Assembly (NCBI GenBank): GCA_002269645.1
Contig: NIVC01004383.1
Location: 1-47,910, forward strand
Reading direction: 5' to 3'
DNA: 47,910 bases
Source of the DNA: Macrostomum lignano
Lineage: Eukaryota
Below, in pieces: positions 9,176 to 19,219 of this stretch (position 1 is its first letter; every line of letters begins with the position of its first letter). The notes under the pieces are model-generated. The model saw nothing but the letters and a program-made list of their open reading frames with translations, searched no databases and had not been told where the DNA came from. A program made the translations under genes and the position numbers.

Positions 9176-12159
9176 TGCCTAGAATTCTTGCTTGGGAGTA
9201 GGAAAATGCGCGCGCACATTTTTGGAGCAGTGCGCAAGTGCATGCCAGTTGTAAAAATAAGTAATAATGCAGATCATGGCCCATGTGCTAAAAAAATGAA
9301 ATTTCTAGTTTTTCAATTCTATGCCAACATAAATTAAAAAGTTTTACTTTAAGTATAAAAAAGCTTGAGCACTACATGTTTTAGAGAAAATATTCTTTAA
9401 AAATTATAAGAGTTTCACTAAACTCTAAAGTAACTGTTTTTGCTAAAAACTATTATTCTTTGTTTTACTTTTGTTTTGAAATTTTCTGGCATAAAAACAA
9501 CCTTTGGGACTATGAAAAGTAGGAGAACTTGAGTACGCATATACCACATGGCATATAACCATGTTGAATGCATGTAAAAGTCAAATCCTATCTATGATTC
9601 TGCAGTAAACAGCTTCTTCCTGCGCAAGCGCATACAATGAAGTGCGCACACACCTTCTTTAAAAGTGCACAAGTAGGCTCTTTTTCAGTGTGCACAAATT
9701 TGACAAGCGTGCATAAACACTTAATAACTTTTATACAAGAATTCGATCCTGGATAGGCAACAAGAGCTTGTAGCACTAGAGGCATGTGTCTCCCCCCCTA
9801 GATAATGAGTCCATTTAGCATATATAATGCATTGTGCCCCTTGAATTTTTAGTGATATTTTTAGTGCTTTAGTATTTTATTTATAATAACTAATGTCTAT
9901 TATTTTTAGTGCTTTTTTATTTTAGGCTATAAGTAATAATATAATAAACAATAGTCAAGATTATAGATAGGCCTAGCATGCTTATACTAGAATAAATCTT
10001 ATTAAAAAAAGTTTGCTTGCATTGTATATTACAACTTTTTGAAAAAATGCAAAAATTAGTAATTTTCCATTTGAAAAATATCAATAAAACTTGTATTTAA
10101 ATCTGTTTCATAGAAAATGCAATGTTACATTGTGCCACTTTTTGTCTTGCACTATACTGTGGCAAATTTTTCTTCCTTGTTTGCTGTTGCACCAGAATGC
10201 ACTAGTGTAGGACATTTCTGACCCCCTTTTGTGCTAGAATTTTATGTCAAAAAAGGCCATTTTCTTGACTATGTAAATATCAATGCTCCATGCTTAATGC
10301 TCCCCACCCCTAAAATATTAGGCTCTGCTCTCCTAGTGCTATATATATAATGTACCAAGCCAAGATATTGGCCTGAGAAGGGTTCTATATGCTATCATTT
10401 TCTGGCTAAAAGACAAGATCCCAAGTGTAACATTATGGCACCTAGTAAAATATAGAATCCATAGCAGAATTAGAATAGAATAGCATAGTAAAATGCAAAA
10501 TCCATTCCAAAAAGATAGGTGTAGCATAAAACTTAGAACAACATCATGCCCTTTTCTTGCAAAAAAAGGCAATTCATAAGTAACATTGTATCTCAAAAAT
10601 GAATTTTTAAGATTTTAAAGATTTTTTCTAAGGTTTTTTCCAAGAAAAAGCCTTGGAAAATGAATTTGAGAAAACATAATACTTTGCTAAAATGTTCCAT
10701 AGCCATCTAATTTTAATAGCAAAATAGTTTTTTTGGGGTTCAACAATAGGCCTATTACATTTTTGAGATTTTCAAGTTTTCAAAAAAGTTGAAATCCATT
10801 TTTTCAAGATATTAAGATTCAACATTAAGCTTAATTGGGATCTAATATGCCTATTAACTATTATTATATTAGTTATTTTTTAATGTATACAATGACAATA
10901 ATAAAAGTTTAAACAAAGATTATTTAGTATTGAACTAGTTATTATCATAGTCATAGAAGTTTTTACAGTTATAAACCTTGACTTTTTGTCAAGATCTTGA
11001 AACTAACTAAAATCAAGATTAAAATCAAATCTAAGCTAACTGTATTAGTTTATAAGCACTTTTAGAATCCTTATCCATAATCACTTATATATGATCATTA
11101 TTACTATATTAAGGATTTCAGACTAAGTGTCCATTGACTTCCCAATTTCTATGCATAAGGCAAATTCAAAAATTTTTTTTGTTATATGAGTAACCTTGCA
11201 ATGGACTTATATAAGTAAAAAATAGATTACTACTTTATTCTTTTGGTGTGTAGAACTATATATATTTTTAAATGTAAAAAATGTATAAATATATATCTAG
11301 TTTTCATTGCAACAATGACAAAATATGTCCTCTTTTTCATAGCAAACTTATTATAAAACTGAAATTTACAAAAAGAGACTTGTTATTTAAGAAACAACAA
11401 AAATAATAAGTTCTAACATATAGTGATGACAAAATATAAAGCCAATATAATAACATTTCTTAATTCCTAACTAACCTTTTATATCGATATACCCCCTGAA
11501 ATTCAATAAGTCTTTTTGTTTTTTCCTGTTTCAATGGGTTAGTTTTGTTGCCTCCAATTAAGAAACAACATTTAATACTACTACTACAAAAGGAAAAAGA
11601 AATTAAAGACATAAGGCTATAATAGAAAATGGTATAAAAATAATTTCTATAGTCCCTTATGCTTTTTGGTCTTAGGCTAACTTTTAATTAAAATAATAAA
11701 TAAATAATTAAAAAGTTGTTAAATATCATTAAGACTATTTGAAAACTTTGTCACATTTGCTAAGAAAAAATCATTATAATCATTTAAATAATTTAGCTAT
11801 GGCCTGATAGCATAGAAGTTTTGTAATACAGTTGTAGACGTATTTAATATCATCTTTATGTTCAATTAAAACTATTTTATTTTGAGTATTAAAGTCAAAC
11901 AGGCTATATACTGGACTTGCATAAAAACATTATATAAATCCACCTTTGTCCAATATATTAACATAATACTTGTCATGCTTCTATATAATCCTAGTGACCA
12001 GCAGAATAATTCAGAGATTTGAAAAGAGTCTGGAAAGAAATTTTCAAAATTGTAAAACGTTGCATATTTTATTTTATCAAGCTGAACTTGCTACTTATAG
12101 TAGGCATTATCAGATTAAAAAATCGCCAAATTCCATTAATCAAAGCTTGCAGAGCAGCC

Positions 12160-12552
12160 ATGGTTTGCGTGTCAGTGCTGGCGGATGCCCTTAACCGGAT
12201 TGTGCACGCCGAGAAGAAAGGCAAGCGGCAGGTGCTGCTGCGGCCCTCCTCCAAGGTCATCATCCGCTTCCTGCAGGTGATGCAGCGGAAAAACTACATC
12301 GGCGACTTTGAGGTCATCGACGATCACCGATCCGGCAAGATTGTTGTCGAGCTCAACGGCCGTCTAAACAAGTGCAGCGTGGTCTCGCCCAGGTACGACA
12401 TTCACCTGAAGGACCTGGAGAAGTGGACATCCGCTATTCTGCCGTCGCGTCAGTTCGGCTTCATCGTGCTCACCACCTCCGGCGGCATCATGGACCACGA
12501 GGAGGCCAGGCGGAAGCACCTTGGCGGCAAGATTCTCGGCTATTTCTTCTGA
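12160..12552 (+). CDS. RPS15A: 40S ribosomal protein S15a (uS8), 130 aa, no intron in CDS
   Basis: [11 protein letters not shown]...[13 protein letters not shown]...[10 protein letters not shown]...[37 protein letters not shown]. Acceptor-like TTGCAG just 5' of the ATG. AATAAA near 12672 and 12719. Confidence 0.97.
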   Translation: MVCVSVLADALNRIVHAEKKGKRQVLLRPSSKVIIRFLQVMQRKNYIGDFEVIDDHRSGKIVVELNGRLNKCSVVSPRYDIHLKDLEKWTSAILPSRQFGFIVLTTSGGIMDHEEARRKHLGGKILGYFF

Positions 12553-12929
12553 GAACCTCCCTGAGATGCTTCAAGAATACTGATGATGATGATGATGGGT
12601 CGGCCAGGGACTCTTTGTATCGATCTGGCGCTGTTGCTCGAACGCTTGAAGATTGTTGTTGGCGTTTAGAAAATAAAAAGTACCACCGCGTGTCCCGCCT
12701 TTGACTGGAGAAGCTTGGAATAAAAAAATTAAATTTTCTTTTGACGTTGTTAACCAGTTTGGTTTTCTTTATTTAACAGAACGCTGCTTTGACATGCTAG
12801 CAATTTTTTTAATAAAGATCCTCTTCTAGAAAATTTTGAGGGCCATGCTGCGCTTTGACCTTGAAACTTCTGGTGGCTAGCAAGCCCTCAAGTTTCGCAA
12901 CCAAATCGTTAGAAAAATTCCCGCTTGAG

Positions 12930-13478
12930 GCCTGTCAAAATTCGCTACCATTCCCACCGTGGGGACATTGATTTAGAGCTGGTCTGCGCCTACCTGAATG
13001 GGCGGTGCACGAGGGTCCCCTACAGAGGCGCCGCCTCCTCGAGGATCCTCAAAGCTGATGTCCCCCAGGGCGGCGTCCTCTTGCCCCTGCTCTTCGCCTT
13101 CTATATTTAGCTGATATCCCGCACCCCCTGCTGCACGAAATCACGATCTGCACCCGCGGCCCGCTTATCTCAACAGCCTTGACCTGATCAACCAATTCCT
13201 TGCTTCGAAAGACCTGCCGCTATCACCGAAGACCAAATGGACCGCCCTCTGTTTATCACCTGTAACCATGAATTCAAGGCGACTCCAGCTGTCTTCCTTT
13301 CCGTGACCCCAGTCCCGCCATTAAGCCAAAGCTTTAAACAGCAAAATCCGCTCAAATAACAACATCCTCAAAGCGCTCACCGGTAAATCCTGAGGGCAAG
13401 ATAAAAGAGATCCTCAGTTACCTACAAAGCTATCTCTCACTCAGTTCTCAACACTGCGCTCCAGTGTGGCCTCTCTGA
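12930..13478 (+). mobile_element. Degraded LINE reverse-transcriptase fragment (Jockey/CR1-like)
   Basis: AYLNGR..RV..RG..SSRILKADVPQGGVLLPLLFAFYI, then NILKALTGKSWGQDK and YKAI...APVW-like remnants, with stops and frameshifts. Confidence 0.75.
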
Positions 13479-14025
13479 ATCAAGAATCGCCCTCCAACAC
13501 CACATCAGGAATCGCCCTCCAACACCACATCAGGAATCGCCCTCCAACACCACATCAGGAATCGCCCTCCAACACCACATCAGGAATCGCCCTCCAACAC
13601 CACATCAGGAATCACCCTCCAACACCACATCAGGAATCGCCCTCCAACACCACATCAGGAATCGCCCTCCAACACCACATCAGGAATCACCCTCCAACAC
13701 CACATCAGGAATCGCCCTCCAACACCACATCAGGAATCGCCCTCCAACACCACATCAGGAATCACCCTCCAACACCACATCAGGAATCGCCCTCCAACAC
13801 CACATCAGGAATCGCCCTCCAACACCACATCAGGAATCGCCCTCCAACACCACATCAGGAATCGCCCTCCAACACCACATCAGGAATCGCCCTCCAACAC
13901 CACATCAAGAATCGCCCTCCAACACCACATCAGGAGTCGCCCTCCAACACCACATCAAGAATCGCCCTCCAACACCACATCAAGAATCGCCCTCCTGCAA
14001 AATCAAGAGTCGCCCTCCAACACCA
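13479..14025. repeat. Minisatellite, 25-bp unit ATCAGGAATCGCCCTCCAACACCAC, about 22 copies
   Basis: Tandem units read directly; explains ORF 13466-14029. Confidence 0.97.
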
Positions 14026-14880
14026 ATAAAAATCACCTCTAATGGCCATCAAGAACCCAATGTCCTTGTGCTTGTGACTTGCCAGTAGAGAACCCTTTGC
14101 TAACTTTAGTTAACGGTAGGTGTTAGATGTACTCGTACTTTGGTAGAAAAAAGATTTAATGTGCGCGAATTCCTACTCTAAGTACACGAGTATACGAGCT
14201 TCCTTTTTGGAAGAATTTAAGGCAGCGATCTTTACTCGTAGAAATAAGGAATTATGGCGAAAGATCCCAATATTTAATAATTATTTCAGCTTGTTTTTCT
14301 CGCCCAGCAACAGAATTTATCGGCTGGTGCGGTTATGACTAAATTATATTGATACAAGGATTGATACATGATAAGTTACATGTAATTATGCTTCTGACTG
14401 CTTATGTAGGGCTCTCTGTTGAGTCTAAAATAGCAGCAGCACAGCGTATATCAGAAGTGACGCTGCTTAAGCAACAAAATGTCGAATTAATCAACGCAAA
14501 AAATCCGCTTCGTTTGCTTACATTGTTGCTGGTTTTACAAATTTGTTTTACAAACAGTTGGAATCAATTTTCTTACAGGACATTGGTGTTAGCTTGAATA
14601 AAATAATTATCAGAGTTGTTGGTTTTTGATACCATACCGAATTAAATAATAACTCGAGAAGGAGGATCGCTGGGTGTTAAAACACATTTCGATCGGTCTG
14701 CAAGATGTAATCTGCCGGCTATTAGTACATTCTACAGTCTGGTTTTTATCGTTTTTTGTCGCATTATAAATGCGACAGTTTCCAAATCGAATACACGTAA
14801 GAGCGCAGAGAGCAGGCGAAGTAAAATTCATCTTCTTCGGGGGGTGTTGGTTCGGGGCTCGCGCTGGTCAATCCGCGGGT

Positions 14881-15807
14881 TTAAAGCACCTGCCTCTCCT
14901 TGGCCATGACTGGCCGGGGCAGAGCGGCCGCCAGCTGGCCATAGCTGGACTTGGCCTTCTCGTACAGCACAAACATGAGGATGTTCCAGCCGGCGATGCG
15001 GGCGAAGCTCGGTATGAAGCCTTTGTAGAAGCCGCGCAGGCCGCTCTGCTGGTAGAGGCCACGGGCGACGCTGACGACTCCGGCGCGCTCCTCCGGCCTG
15101 GCGCTCATCAGGCGGGTCTTCACCACGTCGACCGGGGAGGCGACCAGGGTGGCGATGAAGCCACTGCACAGGCCGGCCAGGAAGTGCGTGCCGACCGAGT
15201 TCGGCATGCCCAGGCGGGCCACCAGGTAGGTCTTGATGGTGTCGTAGGACACGACCTCGGCGCAGTTGACGATGGCGTTGCGCGCGACGCTGGGCCCGGT
15301 GCCCTTCCATAGGCCGGCGAGGCCCTCGGTGCGCCAGATGGTTGAATAGGCAGCGGCGCAGCTCGGGTAGCGGCCGGCGGAGCCTTGCATGCGCACCTTG
15401 ACCACGTCGGTTGGCTGGGCGGCGCACACGGCCATGGCGCCGGTGGTTATGCCGGCCAGCAGGCGGACGGCCATGAGAGTGGCCGGGCCGGCGCCGGCGG
15501 CGGTGAGGCCCAGCCTGTCCATGTACAGCTGCTTCACCGGCTCGTAGAAGCCGATGCGGATTGAGGCGAAGGCGAACTGGCGCTGCAGGCCGGCGTTGAG
15601 GCCGCCGTACAGGCGGGCGGCGCCCTCGTTCGAGACGATGTTGCGGAAGGTGCCAACGATGGATGAACTGCTGGCTGCGGCAGCGGCGCCGCCGGCGGCC
15701 ATCTGCATGCGCACCTTGACCGTGTCCATGGGGAAGGTCAGGGCGTCGGCCACGCAGGCGCAGCTGCCGGCAAGTAGGAGCTTGGTGACTGGGCTGGGTT
15801 CTGCCAT
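14881..15807 (-). CDS. UCP: Mitochondrial uncoupling-protein-like carrier (SLC25, UCP1/2/3-like), 308 aa, intronless
   Basis: Three carrier signatures PMDTVKVR, PTDVVKVR, PVDVVKTR. UCP-type segments GLQRQFAFASIRIGFYEPVK, ARNAIVNCAEVVSYD, FARIAGWN. Confidence 0.92.
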   Translation of the reverse strand: MAEPSPVTKLLLAGSCACVADALTFPMDTVKVRMQMAAGGAAAAASSSSIVGTFRNIVSNEGAARLYGGLNAGLQRQFAFASIRIGFYEPVKQLYMDRLGLTAAGAGPATLMAVRLLAGITTGAMAVCAAQPTDVVKVRMQGSAGRYPSCAAAYSTIWRTEGLAGLWKGTGPSVARNAIVNCAEVVSYDTIKTYLVARLGMPNSVGTHFLAGLCSGFIATLVASPVDVVKTRLMSARPEERAGVVSVARGLYQQSGLRGFYKGFIPSFARIAGWNILMFVLYEKAKSSYGQLAAALPRPVMAKERQVL

Positions 15808-18295
15808 TTCTTCTATTAAATTAAGGGGCGTATCTTACTACGTTAAACTATAGTTAAGTTACTAATAAAACGTTATTAAACTACTAGCTACAATACGTTA
15901 GTAAATACTACTATAGGGGGATTTGGGGGGATGGGAGTTGTTGGCTTGGCGCCGAGACCACTCGGCCAGCATTCGACTGTGCCGCTACTGTAAAAAGACG
16001 CACGTAAAGAAGAGGGGGCTGACAGCGGTCTATTTTATAGTAGGCCCTGATCCGATGTACACTGAATAAATGCTGCTAAGTACACTGGCGCCCAAACCCC
16101 CGCAGTGCCCCCACCCCTATTTTGAATGGAGCGGAGGGTGAGATTTGGAAGGGTCCAACTCCAAAGTATCAAAGCTCCTCTTTCCTCGCATTGCCCCCCC
16201 CCCCACGGTTTTCCTTTCCCTGTCGGCTTTATTTGTCTCTTTTACCAAGGCAAGCGAGCTATAGTGAAGGAGATCGAAGTCTAGAATTTGGAACTGGAAA
16301 CAATGAGCAAACTATTTATTAAGTTAATATTAAACGAATCGAAAATTTATGCGAATGATTATATGAACAAAACAAGCCTGTGTTTCTTATTTTATATGGT
16401 AGACGAACATGTCGTTTCATTTCATCAGACTTCAGCAGGCCTTTTGACTGGAGTTTAACTTCAATTTCTGGATCAAAGTTCTCCTTGGCTCAGGAGGGTG
16501 AGAAAGGCAGGCAGGACAGAACCGGAGCAGACTGGATTTCAGGCCCAACCACACCCCCTTCCTTATCTCTCCACCCCTCCCCCCACCCCACCAAGTTCTT
16601 TCTCAAACCCCTCCCTAATCAAAGCCTAGTCCAAAACAGACTTCGCCCTTTTCACCGTACTGTACTGCCCGTACATGTACGCATCTCTCTTAGTGTACAA
16701 GACAGAGAGTGCCTTTCGTTCTTTTATATCATTGGAGTTTGGGTAGCCAAAAAAGCATCATTTTTGTTTACCTATTGTAATTAGGCGTGGAATTTTTTAT
16801 ACGATAATGAGTTTATAATTAGTACGATGTCTCTTAAATTGCTTAAGATTGATGCTTCTGTTTCATGAGATGACAATTGACAAGTAATGTATGATAATGT
16901 ATAGAATGAATTTTAAACATTCAAGAGCTTATAAAAGCTATTAGTAATTGTGAGTCAGGTTATTTTCCGCGCTGGTAAAAACCCCGCCTGTCTGCAGACA
17001 AAAGTTGTTGAGAAACTTTGGCGGCTCTCACCTGTCTTGTCTTTCTGCTACGGTGCTAGTGCTTTGCCACTGCTACCTGCCACGATTGCAGTCTTTGCTG
17101 CTAGTCTAGGGGGTGTGGCCTCGTGGGACCATATTATTGTATTTAGCGTTAAACCCGACCTTTTTTGCACTCCACTGGGTCCACACGCCTTTGCTGTTAA
17201 TATTGTTAATCAAGCAATGTTGTTTGAACACCTGTTTTGTTGCCTGCGCTTACCTAGCCCTTGATAAAGATAAGGGCGAGGTATTGATACGAAATCGAGT
17301 GTTAGCCACGCGGATTCTAAATTCAATTTCATTAGATCATGCCAATTATTAGACAAAAACAATAGCAAATGAAGGTCAGTCAGTGTCGTGCGCTCTGCGA
17401 CTTTGACAGATTCACAATGGAATTACCATTGCTACACCCCCAAATCCCAAAACAAAACCCCATTCCAACACCCAAACACCATAACCCCACTCCAGCACGC
17501 CAAACGCCCCAAACACCCCAAACACCCAAAACCCCATTCCAACACCAGATTACGGCAGACTCGGACTGCAATCGCTGCAAAATAGGCCGAGTCCAACTCC
17601 ACATGTTGGACAACAACGGGGATCGATCTGAGAGGGCCATCAATTGGGATCTGTGAGGGTGGCATCAGTTGGGATCTATGAGGGTGGCATCAGTTGGGAC
17701 TCTGGGAAGGCGGCGTACATGCAAGTTGGGATCTGGGAAATATTGTATGCTAGAAGTTAAAATTTAAAAGACGACAATGCTCGTAGATAAAATGGTACTA
17801 AATATAGCTTTTCAGTACGCTAACTTCGAGGCCGTCAGTCACTTGAGGTAGATAGAACTCGTACATATCAGCACAACAATCTATGCTGCAGGAAGGATGC
17901 AAAGAACTAGATGCACTTCACATTGGTTTGCGCACTGGCTGCTGGTCAGTTGGGATTTGTACTTTACGCTGGCTCTGTTCATCTCAGCTTCCCAAGTCAG
18001 CTGACCCAAATTGGTGGGCGAAGAAATACTCTTGCACTTAAAATTAGCGCAAATTGTATTGAAGCTACTGATAGTAGCTGTAAAGTAAAAATATGCGTTT
18101 TCATTTTGTTTTGAACGCCCGGCAATGGTTTGGATTCACTTCAGCTTGGTATTTATTATAGATACATGTAGAGTGGATCAGTGCATCAGAGATATTTTAA
18201 TTGGATTTGTGAGGTTACTTGTAGTCTGGGTTTCATGGTCGCAGCGGAGAGCACGTGGGACCACAGATACTATAAACAGTTTATAGTATCTGTGC

Positions 18296-18848
18296 GTGGG
18301 ACTATGTCCGGCTGGTCTTGGAAGGTAAGGGAACAATGTCCAGCTGGTCTTGGAGGGTAAAGACACAATGTCCGGCTGGTCTTTGAGGGCAAAGGCACAA
18401 TGTCCGGTTGGTCTCTGAGGGTAAAGGCACAATGTCCGGCTGGTCTTGGAGGGTAAAGGCACAATGTCCGGCTGGTCTTGGAGGGTAAAGGCACAATGTC
18501 CGGTTGGTCTTGGAGGGTAAAGGCACAATGTCCGGCTGGTCTCTGAGGGTAAAGGCACAATGTCCGGCTGGTCTCTGAGGGTAAAGGCACAATGTCCGGC
18601 TGGTCTTGGAGGGTAAAGGCACAATGTCCGGCTGGTCTTGGAGGGTAAAGGCACAATGTCCGGCTGGTCTTGGAGGGTAAAGGCACAATGTCCGGTTGGT
18701 CTCTGAGGGCAAAGGCACAATGTCCGGTTGGTCTCTGAGGGTAAAGGCACAATGTCCGGTTGGTCTCTGAGGGTAAAGGCACAATGTCCGGTTGGTCTCT
18801 GAGGGTAAAGGCACAATTCCCGGATGGTCTTGGAGGGCAAAGACAATG
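18296..18848. repeat. Minisatellite, 32-bp unit GAGGGTAAAGGCACAATGTCCGGCTGGTCTTG, about 17 copies
   Basis: Tandem units read directly; intergenic between PLK and UCP. Confidence 0.97.
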
Positions 18849-19219
18849 TCTAAACATCAGTAAAAAAGTGACACAGTTGTAATAAATGAAACATATTTCA
18901 TAAATCAGTCAGGTATAAAAAATCGTAGGCTATTAATAGCAGTTTATAAATCAGGCATTTTATTAATCACACATGAATTATGTGGCAATCAATGTTCTCA
19001 AACTAAAAAGATACAAATGATACAAAACACAATGGCAGTGATTTTATAGAAAGCAAAAAAACAATACAGCTGAAAGAATCAAATAATAAATGCTACTAAA
19101 AGAAACACAAGCAAAAAACAATCTTTAGCTAAAAAAGCAGAAAAACAGACTTGTGGAATAAAAATAATTGAAGCAGATTGACTCAATGATCGAATGCATT
19201 AAACAAGCAAGTCATGCAG

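Noticed and set aside
8300-12000. AT-rich block as organellar, bacterial or chimeric-assembly sequence
   Set aside because: No ORFs or RNA genes of that type. The equivalent block at 34-37 kb lies within a frame-consistent TNPO3 gene, so such blocks are native.
14770-15427. ORFs overlapping UCP, PLK, TNPO3 and SPEN on other frames or strands
   Set aside because: Shadow ORFs of GC-rich coding sequence with no recognisable motifs.
17369-17740. Possible exon or small gene (ORFs 17369-17656 and 17432-17665)
   Set aside because: Mostly low-complexity CA-rich sequence plus short 24-bp repeats; no recognisable domain or consistent splice sites.
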